From assembly GCA_963666285.1 (NCBI GenBank), contig OY762711.1: a stretch of 64,000 bases of DNA; one strand, written 5' to 3'. Made by a program: the position numbers and the translations under genes. The stretch is from Sedimentisphaerales bacterium. GTDB taxonomy: Bacteria > Planctomycetota > Phycisphaerae > Sedimentisphaerales > SM23-30. This document shows, in pieces, positions 1 to 10,245 of the stretch (position 1 is the stretch's first letter; each line of letters begins with the position of its first letter). The notes beneath the pieces were generated by a model that made no database searches, was not told the origin of the DNA, and was given only the letters and a program-made list of their open reading frames with translations.

Positions 1-13
1 ATTTGGATTGGCA

Positions 14-229
14 TTACATATTCTTTCGAATTCTGGATTTGGCTTCATCCCAGTCAGAAAACTGAGATTTGCCTTCTTTAATCCTTTGCTCTCTGGCAGA
101 AAGCACATCTGCATGCCAGGACGGAGACGGAATATTTTCAGAATCAAGTAAAAGACTTTCCCAAATATCTTCGATTACACGCAATTTGTCGATAGTTGTC
201 ATCTTATTTAGTGGTATTGATATATCCAT
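14..229 (-). CDS. Putative addiction-module antitoxin (TIGR02574-like)
   Basis: 71 aa from the ATG at 229. 'KLRVIEDIWESL...PSPSWHADVLSARE...FSDWDEAKSRI' is the typical pattern of this family. Confidence 0.8.
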   Translation of the reverse strand: MDISIPLNKMTTIDKLRVIEDIWESLLLDSENIPSPSWHADVLSAREQRIKEGKSQFSDWDEAKSRIRKNM

Positions 230-477
230 TTGGTTGACTCCAAATACAAGAGTGCTATAGCGTCGACAGAAAAACATTCAAACTTGTATATTTTGGGACT
301 TACAAATTATTGTTTGCTACTACCAAAGTTACATTGTATCAGGATTTAAATAGTTGACAAGCCAAAAATGTAACATTAACATCATGTAGTTTATGTGTAT
401 TAATAGTAAAATCGTTGCCCGTGGCGACCGGATTTGAGGCTTTGCATGAAGCTAATGTTTATGAAAGAATTTGAATT

Positions 478-1485
478 ATGATAAAAGTTGCGATAATAGG
501 TGCGAGCGGATATACCGCTTCTGAAAGTTTGAAGATTCTGGCCCGTCATAGAGATGTCGAGGTGACCTACCTGGCAGCTACCCAGGATAGGGGAAAGATT
601 TCAGATAATTTTCCACAATTGAAAGGTTTATTCGACCTTGAAGTTAAAGAGTATGATCCCCGGGCTGCGGCAGAACTGGCTGATGTTGTATTGTGCTGCC
701 TGCCGCATAAAGTAGCGATGGATTCGGTTGCCGGTTTGATGAAAGCCGGTATAAAGGTGGTTGACTTTAGTGCCGACTATCGTTTGCATGATGTCAATCT
801 GTATGAAGAGGTTTATGCAGTTGAGCATACCGACCCGGCCAATATAGCCAATGCAGCGTTTGGGTTGCCGGAATTATTCAGAGATCAGATAGTTGGCAAA
901 CAACTGGTAGCGAATCCTGGCTGCTATCCTACCGCGGCATCGCTGGGACTGGCACCGCTGCTGAAGGAGAAATTGATAGATCCGTCTGATATTGTTGTTA
1001 ACGCTGTGTCGGGTGCTTCCGGTGCCGGAAGAAAACCCAAGCAGATGTTCCACTTTCCAGAGATGACAGAGAATATATTTGCCTATGGAGTACAGGGTCA
1101 TCGTCATAACCCTGAGATAGACCAGATATTGTCAGAGTTTTCGGGCGATAGTGTATCTACACTTTTTATGCCGCATGTTGGCTGCTATGAAAGAGGGATA
1201 ATCGAAACGATATACTGTAAGCCCCTGAAGGATGTCACTCAGCAGCAGCTGGAAGAGTTGTACCAGGAGTATTATGGCAAGGAGCAGTTTGTAAGATTGC
1301 GTAAAGAGCCGCCGGCTGTGCGCGATGTTGCCAATAGCAACTTCTGTGATATCTGCCCTGTAATTACTCGCGGCAGGGTGATCGTTTTTAGTGCGATTGA
1401 TAATCTTATAAAAGGTGCTGCCGGTCAGGCGATACAGAATATGAATATTATCTGCGGGCTGGAAGAATCCGCGGGTTTGTTATAA
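478..1485 (+). CDS. argC: N-acetyl-gamma-glutamyl-phosphate reductase
   Basis: GASGYT Rossmann motif, ANPGCYPT catalytic motif, SGASGAGR, DNLIKGAAGQAIQNMN. Confidence 0.97.
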   Translation: MIKVAIIGASGYTASESLKILARHRDVEVTYLAATQDRGKISDNFPQLKGLFDLEVKEYDPRAAAELADVVLCCLPHKVAMDSVAGLMKAGIKVVDFSADYRLHDVNLYEEVYAVEHTDPANIANAAFGLPELFRDQIVGKQLVANPGCYPTAASLGLAPLLKEKLIDPSDIVVNAVSGASGAGRKPKQMFHFPEMTENIFAYGVQGHRHNPEIDQILSEFSGDSVSTLFMPHVGCYERGIIETIYCKPLKDVTQQQLEELYQEYYGKEQFVRLRKEPPAVRDVANSNFCDICPVITRGRVIVFSAIDNLIKGAAGQAIQNMNIICGLEESAGLL

Positions 1486-2291
1486 AAAACGCGGCATATA
1501 TCTTGTAAATAAAAATATCCGATCGTTTGTGATGCTATTTGATATTAGATCAGTTAGATCACTTTTGATCGGGCATTATTATTAGAAGATGTTTTATGCC
1601 GCGTACCTAAAAAACAATCTGCCAGTCCCAATGTTTGTTTCTGTGCGCATAATAATACCGAATGCCTGAATATCTAAAATTTAGTTCAAGCTCTTCGGAT
1701 TATTATTTTATTGCACAGGTTTGACTAGCACATTGCCGCATAACTAGCAATAGTAAGTATAATTATGCGACTTTTGCGAGCCATAAATGACTCAAACAGT
1801 GTGTAAGCTCTAATAGCCATAGTTTTGACTCCCCAAAGTCTGTTTATTCAATTGTGGTGATCCTCCTCCGCTGGAGATCAATACATATATTATAAGCAAT
1901 AAATAATCCTGCTCAAAATCTGAAGTCGGTTTTGAGCGTTTTTTTTATAACCGTTTGTCAGGCTAGGGTTTATGTGCTATTGATTAAATTGGTGTATAGT
2001 CTTTCGTTATGCCGGTTATGAGGGATGTTGTTTTATATCAACATTGCTTTAAGCGTCATTGATTTTAAATATAAATATAGTAGTAATTTAGGAATGTATC
2101 AGCGAGTGTTGATATTGGACAGCATAGGCTTTTTGTTGGTAATCATTTGTTTGCCATGCTAGAATATTTTATTAGCGAGTTTAAACAATTATATTAGTTG
2201 AAACAATCAGGTAAAATAGCGAAGTTACTTTTGGGGAGTTTCCTGATTAACCTTATGCTATTTTTCGTGTAAAGTACTTTGGAATTAAATA

Positions 2292-5009
2292 GTGAGTAAA
2301 AAGACATTATATATTATCGACGGTCACGCCCATATTTATGCCGCATATTTTGCCCCGATGGGCGGTGCGATGAATACCCCAAGCGGTGAGCCCACAAAAG
2401 CAGTTTATATTTTTACAAATATTCTAATTAAACTGATGCGCGAGCATAATCCTGATATGGTAGTAGTAGCGATGGATTCTCCGGGCAAGTCATTTCGCCA
2501 TGAAATGTATGAGGATTATAAAGCTAACCGTCCGCCAATGCCGGACGATATGCCCGGCCAGATTGCCCGGATAGACTCTATTATAGAGGCAATGAATATC
2601 CCTGTGGTTCGCCATGAAGGTTATGAAGCTGACGATATAATCGGTACTCTTACCAAACGCGGCAGAGAAAGCGGTTTTGATGTTGTGATATGTTCGAAGG
2701 ATAAAGACCTTGAACAGCTCATAGGTGATGGTGTTTGTATGATGGATATACAAAAGGGCAAGAAAACAGACGTCGAATCGCTGTATGAAGATAAAGGTTT
2801 GAAACCAGATCAGATAATAGATTTGCTGTCATTGACTGGAGATACATCGGATAATGTGCCGGGCGTGCCGAAGGTAGGTCCAAAGACCGCGGTTAAATGG
2901 CTACAGCAGTACGATAGTCTGGACGGTATTATCGAACATCAGGATGAAATTAAAGGCAAGGTTGGTGAAAATTTAAGGGATAGCCTTGATACCCTCGAAC
3001 TGTCACGAAAACTTGTCACTATAGACTGTGAGATGGACCTTGATTTTGATTTTACTGATGCAGAAGTGACAGGGTTTGATAATGATTCGCTGGCAAAGAT
3101 TTTTAACGAACTTGCTTTTAAGAAATTATTGAAGCAGCTGGAGCTTGACGGTGTTGAGGTAGAACCTGACCCGGCAGAGGCGAACTATTATACACCACCG
3201 AAAATTGATAAGCCGAATTATCAGCTTATTGATGACATGGACAAGTTTGACGAGTTTCTTAAAGAACTGAAAAAGCAGAAGGTCTTTGCGATTGATACCG
3301 AAACAACAGGTTTGAATCCGGTAGCAAATGAGCTGGTTGGCATTAGTATATCATGGCAGGAAGGTACGGGCTATTATTTGCCGGTTAAGGGTCCGTTTAT
3401 GATCCCGCCTTTGGATTGGGAAGAAGTTCGGCCGCTGCTGGCACCGATCCTGGAAGATGAAAAAGTCGGCAAGGTTGGTCAGAATATAAAATATGATACA
3501 GTTGTATTCAGGAAAGCAGGGGTTAGACTTCGCGGTGTTATATTTGATACAATGCTTGCAAGTTATGTGAAGTATAATAACAGGTCATATCATAACATGG
3601 ACAGCATGGCGAAAGATTATCTTGACCATGATACCATCAAAATTTCAGAACTTATTGGTAAAGGTAAAAACCAGATTACTTTTGATATGGTTGACCTGGA
3701 TATGGCCTGTGACTATGCGGCTGAGGACGCTGATATAACATGGCGTTTATACAGATATCTTGACAGCAGGTTAGATGAGAAGGAATTGCGAGAATTATTT
3801 GAAAGTGTCGAGATGCCGCTTGTTGATGTTCTGGCTGAAATGGAATTTAACGGGATGGCGTTGGATGTTCCCTGTCTGAAACGTCTTTCAAATGAGATAG
3901 CCGAACGTATGGACGAGCTGTCAAAAGAGATTACCTCTGCTGCAGGCTGCTCATTTAATATTGATTCGCCAAAGCAGCTGGGTGATATACTATTTGAAAA
4001 GTTGGGCTTACCTTCACAGAAAAAGACCAAAAGCGGCTATTCAACGGACCAGGATGTCCTGGAGAAGCTGAGCGAGATGCATCCTGTACCGAAGATGGTT
4101 TTGGAATATCGTCATCTGGGCAAGCTTCGCAGTACTTATGTTGATAAGCTTCCTATAATGATATGCAGTTCGACAGGTCGTGTGCACGGCAGTTTTAACC
4201 AGACCGGTACCGCGACCGGCAGGCTTAGCAGCAGCGATCCCAACCTGCAGAATATCCCTATTCGCAGTGAGTTAGGTCGCCAGATAAGAAAAGCCTTTGT
4301 TCCGCAAAGCAAGGGCTGGGTATTGCTGGCAGCTGATTATTCCCAGGTCGAATTGCGTATGCTGGCTCATTTAAGCGACGACCCCGGTCTAAAAGAGGCT
4401 TTTGCCAGTGGTCAGGATATACATAGTTTTGTTGCCGGCCAGGTTTTTGATGTCGATCCGGAGCATGTTACTTCCGATCAGAGATCCCGTGCCAAGGCGG
4501 TAAATTTTGGTATTGTTTATGGCCAGAGCGCATATGGTCTGAGTCAGGCAATAGATATTCCGGTAGCAGAAGCCGCCAGATTTATAGATGATTATTTTAA
4601 GAGATATCCAAAGATAGGATCTTATATGGATTCAATTAAAAGAGATGCATTGGAAAGCGGCTATGTTTCGACGATACTTGGCCGCCGCCGTGCGATAATG
4701 GATATTTCGGGCGGTAACCCTAACCAGCGTAAAGCAGCGGAGCGCATGGCGGTTAATACTGTAGTGCAGGGTTCGGCAGCAGATCTAATGAAGCTGGCAA
4801 TGATCGACCTGCATAATACCATTAAAAAAGAGAGTTTAGAGATGAAGATGATTCTCCAGGTTCATGATGAACTTGTTTTTGAAATGCCTGCAGAAAAAGC
4901 TGAGGAATATGGTGCGCTTATTTCAGAGAAAATGACCGGCGCAATGAAGCTATCGGTGCCTCTTGTCGCGGAAGCAAACTATGGAACCAGCTGGTATGAA
5001 TGCAAATAG
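2292..5009 (+). CDS. polA: DNA polymerase I
   Basis: 5'-3' exonuclease (YKANR, EADDIIGT), 3'-5' exonuclease (DTETTGL, YAAEDAD), polymerase motifs (DYSQVELR, KAVNFGIVYG, QVHDEL). GTG start. Confidence 0.98.
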   Translation: MSKKTLYIIDGHAHIYAAYFAPMGGAMNTPSGEPTKAVYIFTNILIKLMREHNPDMVVVAMDSPGKSFRHEMYEDYKANRPPMPDDMPGQIARIDSIIEAMNIPVVRHEGYEADDIIGTLTKRGRESGFDVVICSKDKDLEQLIGDGVCMMDIQKGKKTDVESLYEDKGLKPDQIIDLLSLTGDTSDNVPGVPKVGPKTAVKWLQQYDSLDGIIEHQDEIKGKVGENLRDSLDTLELSRKLVTIDCEMDLDFDFTDAEVTGFDNDSLAKIFNELAFKKLLKQLELDGVEVEPDPAEANYYTPPKIDKPNYQLIDDMDKFDEFLKELKKQKVFAIDTETTGLNPVANELVGISISWQEGTGYYLPVKGPFMIPPLDWEEVRPLLAPILEDEKVGKVGQNIKYDTVVFRKAGVRLRGVIFDTMLASYVKYNNRSYHNMDSMAKDYLDHDTIKISELIGKGKNQITFDMVDLDMACDYAAEDADITWRLYRYLDSRLDEKELRELFESVEMPLVDVLAEMEFNGMALDVPCLKRLSNEIAERMDELSKEITSAAGCSFNIDSPKQLGDILFEKLGLPSQKKTKSGYSTDQDVLEKLSEMHPVPKMVLEYRHLGKLRSTYVDKLPIMICSSTGRVHGSFNQTGTATGRLSSSDPNLQNIPIRSELGRQIRKAFVPQSKGWVLLAADYSQVELRMLAHLSDDPGLKEAFASGQDIHSFVAGQVFDVDPEHVTSDQRSRAKAVNFGIVYGQSAYGLSQAIDIPVAEAARFIDDYFKRYPKIGSYMDSIKRDALESGYVSTILGRRRAIMDISGGNPNQRKAAERMAVNTVVQGSAADLMKLAMIDLHNTIKKESLEMKMILQVHDELVFEMPAEKAEEYGALISEKMTGAMKLSVPLVAEANYGTSWYECK

Positions 5010-5033
5010 CTTTTTAGGTGTTTGTTATGAATT

Positions 5034-6446
5034 TCAGGCGATAAAAACGCGATTTTTACCGGCTTCCTTGGCATCAAAGAGTGCGGAGTCTATTGTTTCA
5101 ACAAATTCTTCAACAGTCTGGTCCGGTCGGCATTGACCGATGCCTATCGAAACCGTTGTAGGTATAATTTCATCTTTAAAATAGACTATATCGTTTTCAA
5201 CCATTTCAAGTAAACGTCCGGCAAGTTTTTCTGCGTCTTCCAATGCTGTTTCAGTTAGAATAACGGCGAACTCATCACCGCCGTATCGAGCCGCAATATC
5301 GGTTTTACGTACGCAGTTTTTGATCTTTTCAGCAACATGACATATTACGGTATCACCTCCCAGGTGGCCGAATTTGTCATTTATCGTTTTCAGTCCGTCC
5401 AGATCAATCATAACCAGTGACAGGTCGTGTTTATAACGATTGAATCTCTCCACTTCCCGATTCAGTGAATTATAGAATGTAATATGGTTAACCAGTCCTG
5501 TCATGCCATCGGTTTGTGCCTGACGGTTTATCTTTCTGTAAAGTTCCAGGTTCTGCAGAGCTGCTCCTGCAATTTCGCATAGTAATTCAAGAGCAGGCAT
5601 ATCAGTTTGTTTCTCAAAATTTGATAGATCACTTTTATCTGCCAGGTTAATAACTCCCAGAACAGAATCGCCGCTCATTAATGGGGCTATGACGCAACTG
5701 CTTGTTTTATAATTAGTTGTGTTATTCGACTCGCTATTGTCAGGATTTTTATGATTATTATTTAGGTTATCCAGTATCATCATCTTTTTATTTATTACGG
5801 CCTGGCACATTGGTCGAGTAGAATTTTTTGCAACGTCAATCAGGCTGGAAATTTTATGTGGATGATTGTGTCTGAGTAGATGCAGGCAGTTGCTGTTTTT
5901 GTCGTATGTGTATATAGAAGAGTAGTTTGCGCGAAAAATTTCTGGGATATCCTCAACGCAAGCCCTGGCAATTCTATCTATATCCAGGCAGTTTATCTTA
6001 CGAGATATGCTGCTGATTTTTTTGAATCGTTCAATAATTATGTTTTCATTGTTGTCAATGACAGGGGTATTGGCTTCCATTCCAGTAATGAGCTGATTGA
6101 TTTCCTGCGGTATCAGTTCTGATTTTCTGGCTTTGAGGTGGTTCAAATAAAGCGTGATTTTATTATCAACAAGTTCAACCGGGCAGTTTTGACATACAAT
6201 ATCCATAGGGGTTGAGCCGGGTAAAGTTGTGGGGACATTACTGGTTTGAACGATAACCAGGAAATGCGGCGATTTATCAAGACAGCAGTCATTGTCAGAG
6301 AATACAATGTAGTTAACATTATTTTTATAAGTAACTTGTGAGATATTTTCTGTAGAAATCAGTGAAATATTTTTATTTTTGCAAACTTTTTTCAATGTCT
6401 CCAGAAATGTTTGGCAGCGTCCTATGTAAATTATATTAATGTCCAT
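5034..6446 (-). CDS. GAF-sensor diguanylate cyclase
   Basis: GAF-like region (CVIAPLMSGDSVLGVINL), then DGMTGL...DLDGLKTINDKFGHLGGD, an RKTD I-site and RYGGDEF. Confidence 0.92.
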   Translation of the reverse strand: MDINIIYIGRCQTFLETLKKVCKNKNISLISTENISQVTYKNNVNYIVFSDNDCCLDKSPHFLVIVQTSNVPTTLPGSTPMDIVCQNCPVELVDNKITLYLNHLKARKSELIPQEINQLITGMEANTPVIDNNENIIIERFKKISSISRKINCLDIDRIARACVEDIPEIFRANYSSIYTYDKNSNCLHLLRHNHPHKISSLIDVAKNSTRPMCQAVINKKMMILDNLNNNHKNPDNSESNNTTNYKTSSCVIAPLMSGDSVLGVINLADKSDLSNFEKQTDMPALELLCEIAGAALQNLELYRKINRQAQTDGMTGLVNHITFYNSLNREVERFNRYKHDLSLVMIDLDGLKTINDKFGHLGGDTVICHVAEKIKNCVRKTDIAARYGGDEFAVILTETALEDAEKLAGRLLEMVENDIVYFKDEIIPTTVSIGIGQCRPDQTVEEFVETIDSALFDAKEAGKNRVFIA

Positions 6447-6525
6447 ATATTGTAGTTTTCTAATAGGGGGATTTCATTATATTGTGTTTTAAGTAACTTT
6501 CTTTATCTCTGTTTTAATATAACTA

Positions 6526-6552
6526 TAATCGACATAATCGGTTACGATTTTA
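6526..6552 (-). promoter_or_regulatory. Putative sigma28 (FliA) promoter of the diguanylate cyclase
   Basis: Minus strand TAAA-N15-GTCGATTA versus consensus TAAA-N15-GCCGATAA, 80 nt upstream of the ATG. Confidence 0.5.
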
Positions 6553-6865
6553 ATTTTTTTATAATTATTATTAATTTTATTTGAGTCCAATAACAAAATA
6601 ATATATTTTATATTTTATAAAACGTAAAATATATTATGTAACTGTCTGATTTAGTATCGATTTTGATTCTCAAAGTTTGTGTATTTTCAGGTTTTCCTTG
6701 TGGAAGACAAATCAGGCACTTTTCCCTACAGAGATCGTATCTCTGGAGACAGGGGGCTATTTTTGTCAGTAAAACCTGGTGGTTTAAGCGGAAGCGGTAT
6801 ATATATTACTGCGAGCTGTCAGGGGTGAGTTTATATGTATTATTTGTGGAGATAATATTTTGGTG

Positions 6866-7141
6866 ATGAAAAGTGTTGCTGAACGGTTGAGGAATAACCC
6901 TCCGGTCAAACAATATAAGATTGGTGAAGTAGCTCGCTACAGCGGTTTGTCTCGTCAGACCGTCCATAACTATACGATTATGGGACTGATCGAAGAGTCC
7001 GGCTGGACGGAGGGCGGCCATAGGCTATATCCGGAAGAGGTGTTTATTAAGCTGGCTAAGATTGACGAACTTAAGCAAAGCAGGACCCTGAGAGAAATAC
7101 GTAAGATAATGGAAGGTGATAATGCTCTAGTTTCGGCATAA
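6866..7141 (+). CDS. MerR-family HTH regulator (stand-alone DNA-binding domain)
   Basis: YKIGEVARYSGLSRQTVHNY...GLI...TEGGHRLY. Start could also be 6860 or 6863. Confidence 0.88.
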   Translation: MKSVAERLRNNPPVKQYKIGEVARYSGLSRQTVHNYTIMGLIEESGWTEGGHRLYPEEVFIKLAKIDELKQSRTLREIRKIMEGDNALVSA

Positions 7142-7209
7142 GAGACAGGTGTGTGTATAAAATCTATACGGCTTTATGGAGTATGTATTAGTCGTTAAAT
7201 GGTGTCAGG

Positions 7210-9654
7210 ATGACAGAAAATCAGGAACAACTAAGTTTTCGACAGGCGATTTCCGGTAAATGGCAGGTGCCTTTATTTATCGTGTCAATGCTTCTATTTG
7301 TGGTAACACTGCTGGTGATTCGCCCAAAGACAGTTGAGCCTACATTTGACGAAAAGCTGGAAGATGTAGTTGCTTTAGCTGAAAGCAATCATTATGACGA
7401 TTTTTATGCTCAGCTTAATCTGTTAAAAGATGAGACAAAAGATCGGGGTGAACTGGCAAAGATTTACAGTACGGCAGCTGAGACAAGAGTAGGAGAGTTA
7501 AAAGAAAATTATGAGTTAGGGATAGGTCCTTCAATCCATAGAAGTGCCAGGCAGAACTATGAGAATATAATAGGCGACTATCAGCAGGCTTTTAAGTACG
7601 GGTGGATGGAAGCGGATGATCCTCGTATGAAAAGTGTGTACACAAATGTAGCCTTTGCGTATTGGGGACTTGGTCAGACGGACGAAGCCATTGAAATGTC
7701 GCGTCGGGCTATCGATGTAGCAGGTCAGTATGAATCCAGTTTGTATCGTCGTTTAGCAACGATGTATCTGACAGCAATGCCTGAGGGTTATCAGGATTTG
7801 GTTATGTCGCTTCTGGATACTATGCTGGCAGATACAGATAAAGAAAACGATACGGAAAATTACGCTTGGGCTTTTGTTAAAAAAGTAGAAGTGTTAATAT
7901 CGCAGGGCAATGAAAGCCAGGCTCAAAGTCTTCTTAATTCAGTTGAAGAAGTAGTTCTCAAGAGTAGTTTTGGGGAGATGGTAGAGTTTCTTCGTGCAGT
8001 TGCAGTTCGAAAATCGGGCGATATTGATACCGCAGAAAAAATGTTGAGAGAGCTTCTATCTCGCCTGAAAGATCGCGGTGATATTTATGCCCAGTTATGT
8101 CTTGAACTTGGTGAGATCAACTATAATCAGTATCGATATCAGGAGTCACAAAATTTCTATAATATGGTTATTGATACTCAACTGGGTAAAGACTGGTATC
8201 TGGCAGCAATGCTTGGTACTGCAGAATGCATAAGGATGCAGTATCGATATCCTGAAGCTATTGCCAGGTATCGAGATACGCTGGACTTGTATCATAAATC
8301 GCCGCTAAATCGTTGTGTTAAGGCCGAGCGTATTCAGTCTTCTCTGGCAAAGTTCAGTGATACCTTGACAGAGATAAAGGATTACAATGAAGCTTTGACC
8401 GTGTTGGAGATGGAGCAGGAAATAGCAGCTGAAAATGATGTGGATGCGGCTTATCGTTACGCGATATCTCACCATCGTCTTGCCGATGAACTTATAGCAG
8501 AATATGAAAGGGTTCAACGTGATACGGCAGATGTTGAAGAGACAGAGCAGGATCAATTGTGGAATCAACAGCAGGCAGATTTGATCGAAAAGCATTTTAC
8601 AATGGCAGCCGAACAGTATTTGAGAGTTGCCAGGATTGGCATCAAGGATAATCAACTGTATGGGCGTTGCGTCCGTGAGGCAGCCATATGTTATGACTCG
8701 GCGGGTAACCCGGAAGCAGCGATAGAAGTATGGAAGAGATTTGTCGAAGAGTGGGAAGGAACATCAGAAAGAGCCGATGCCCTGTTCCGGTTAGCGCAAA
8801 CATATCAGTCGCTAGGGCAATTCGATGAGGCGATAAGATACTTCAAGATACTTCGCGAGGAGAACCCTCGTTCTCCGGCAGGTTTTAAGGCTATAGTTCC
8901 AATGTCACAATGTTACATTTCCATGGAGCCGCCGGACTATAAAGGGGCTGAAGCGATTTTGCAATCAGTGTTGGATAATGAGGCGATAAACCCTGATTCC
9001 CCATTCTTTCGTGAGGCTATGTTAGAGCTTGGACAATTGTACTATCATGTCGGAGATTATCCATCTGCGATCAGTTGCCTGACGAATGCAATTTCACGGT
9101 ATCCAGATGACCCATCAATTGGTAAGGCAATGTTTCTGGCGGGAGATTCTTATCGCAAGCGATGTGAAGTTGTGAATGATAGACTTAAAGAAATCGAAAA
9201 TGATCCAACAGCAAGGATTAATCGTGATAAGCTGCTGGACTTACGAAGAGAGATGTTAATGAGCGCCCGTGATTATTTTGCCGGTGCAATTAAATCTTAT
9301 AATAAGATACCAGAGGATCAGCGTGATCGCCGTGACCGCATTTATCTCAAGCATAGTTGGCTTTATCAAGCAGATAGTTTGTTTGATCTGGGTGAATATC
9401 GCCAGGCGGTAGATTTGTACGAGCAGGCAGCTTTGAGATATCAAATGACACCGACAGCATTGATGGCCCTGGTACAGGTGGTAAATTGTCATATCAAACT
9501 TGGCAACCCGCGAGCTGCCAGTTCTGCCAATAGCAGGGCGGTATCTCAGCTTGCCAGGATGGGTGATAAGGAGCTTATGGATAGTGAGATCGCTCTTCGC
9601 AGAGAAGACTGGGAGCAGTGGTTTGACTGGGCTGATAATTTAGGGCTATGGTAA
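7210..9654 (+). CDS. Membrane-anchored tetratricopeptide-repeat protein
   Basis: N-terminal hydrophobic helix and many TPR units (e.g. ALFRLAQTYQSLGQFDEAIRYF, AMLELGQLYYHVGDYPSAISCL). Confidence 0.85.
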   Translation: MTENQEQLSFRQAISGKWQVPLFIVSMLLFVVTLLVIRPKTVEPTFDEKLEDVVALAESNHYDDFYAQLNLLKDETKDRGELAKIYSTAAETRVGELKENYELGIGPSIHRSARQNYENIIGDYQQAFKYGWMEADDPRMKSVYTNVAFAYWGLGQTDEAIEMSRRAIDVAGQYESSLYRRLATMYLTAMPEGYQDLVMSLLDTMLADTDKENDTENYAWAFVKKVEVLISQGNESQAQSLLNSVEEVVLKSSFGEMVEFLRAVAVRKSGDIDTAEKMLRELLSRLKDRGDIYAQLCLELGEINYNQYRYQESQNFYNMVIDTQLGKDWYLAAMLGTAECIRMQYRYPEAIARYRDTLDLYHKSPLNRCVKAERIQSSLAKFSDTLTEIKDYNEALTVLEMEQEIAAENDVDAAYRYAISHHRLADELIAEYERVQRDTADVEETEQDQLWNQQQADLIEKHFTMAAEQYLRVARIGIKDNQLYGRCVREAAICYDSAGNPEAAIEVWKRFVEEWEGTSERADALFRLAQTYQSLGQFDEAIRYFKILREENPRSPAGFKAIVPMSQCYISMEPPDYKGAEAILQSVLDNEAINPDSPFFREAMLELGQLYYHVGDYPSAISCLTNAISRYPDDPSIGKAMFLAGDSYRKRCEVVNDRLKEIENDPTARINRDKLLDLRREMLMSARDYFAGAIKSYNKIPEDQRDRRDRIYLKHSWLYQADSLFDLGEYRQAVDLYEQAALRYQMTPTALMALVQVVNCHIKLGNPRAASSANSRAVSQLARMGDKELMDSEIALRREDWEQWFDWADNLGLW

Positions 9655-9706
9655 AGACAGTAATACGCATTAGAAAGTGCTAACAAAATATAAGAAAGGT
9701 TGACCG

Positions 9707-10174
9707 ATGGCTTCAACAGAACAACAACAGGCAGCAGCTGAAAAAGTGGTTAGTTTATTAACCCGCCAAAGAGATTTATATCTCAGGTTGAAAGATCTGG
9801 CATACAGCCAGAGAAAACTGGTTGATAAAAGTGACCCTGAGATGTTATTGAAAGTGCTGGCGAACAGGCAGAGGATAATAGATCAGCTTTCTCTTATCGA
9901 CAGGCAGCTGCGTCCGCTTCGTGAAGATTGGCAGAAGATATCTGGGTGTTTTAGTGATGCTCAGAGAAATAATGTTAATTTGCTAATTGACCAGGTGAAA
10001 AATACTATTGAAGATATTTTGAATCGAGACAAAAAAGACACAGAGACACTTACGTATAAAAAAAATGAAATTGCTATTGAGCTCAAAAAGGCCAGGACAG
10101 GTCGGCAGATGGGCAAGGCCTATCAGTCCACAGTAAATGTCAGCGAGTCAAAATATTGTGATATCGGAGGGTGA
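9707..10174 (+). CDS. flgN: FlgN-like flagellar export chaperone
   Basis: All-helical 155 aa with 'LL..Q..LY..L..L...Q..LV...D...L...L...Q' and a C-terminal KAY, in flagellar context. Confidence 0.65.
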   Translation: MASTEQQQAAAEKVVSLLTRQRDLYLRLKDLAYSQRKLVDKSDPEMLLKVLANRQRIIDQLSLIDRQLRPLREDWQKISGCFSDAQRNNVNLLIDQVKNTIEDILNRDKKDTETLTYKKNEIAIELKKARTGRQMGKAYQSTVNVSESKYCDIGG

Positions 10175-10245
10175 TGTTTCTGGAAATAGGCAGGTATTGT
10201 CTGTTATAAGTTTTGTGGTTTTTAAATAACTGATAAGGAAATTTT

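Noticed and set aside
10172..10189. Sec readthrough at other TGA stops (flgN, fliI, cyclase, cytochrome)
   Set aside because: Each hits another stop within 1-5 codons and has no SECIS-like hairpin.
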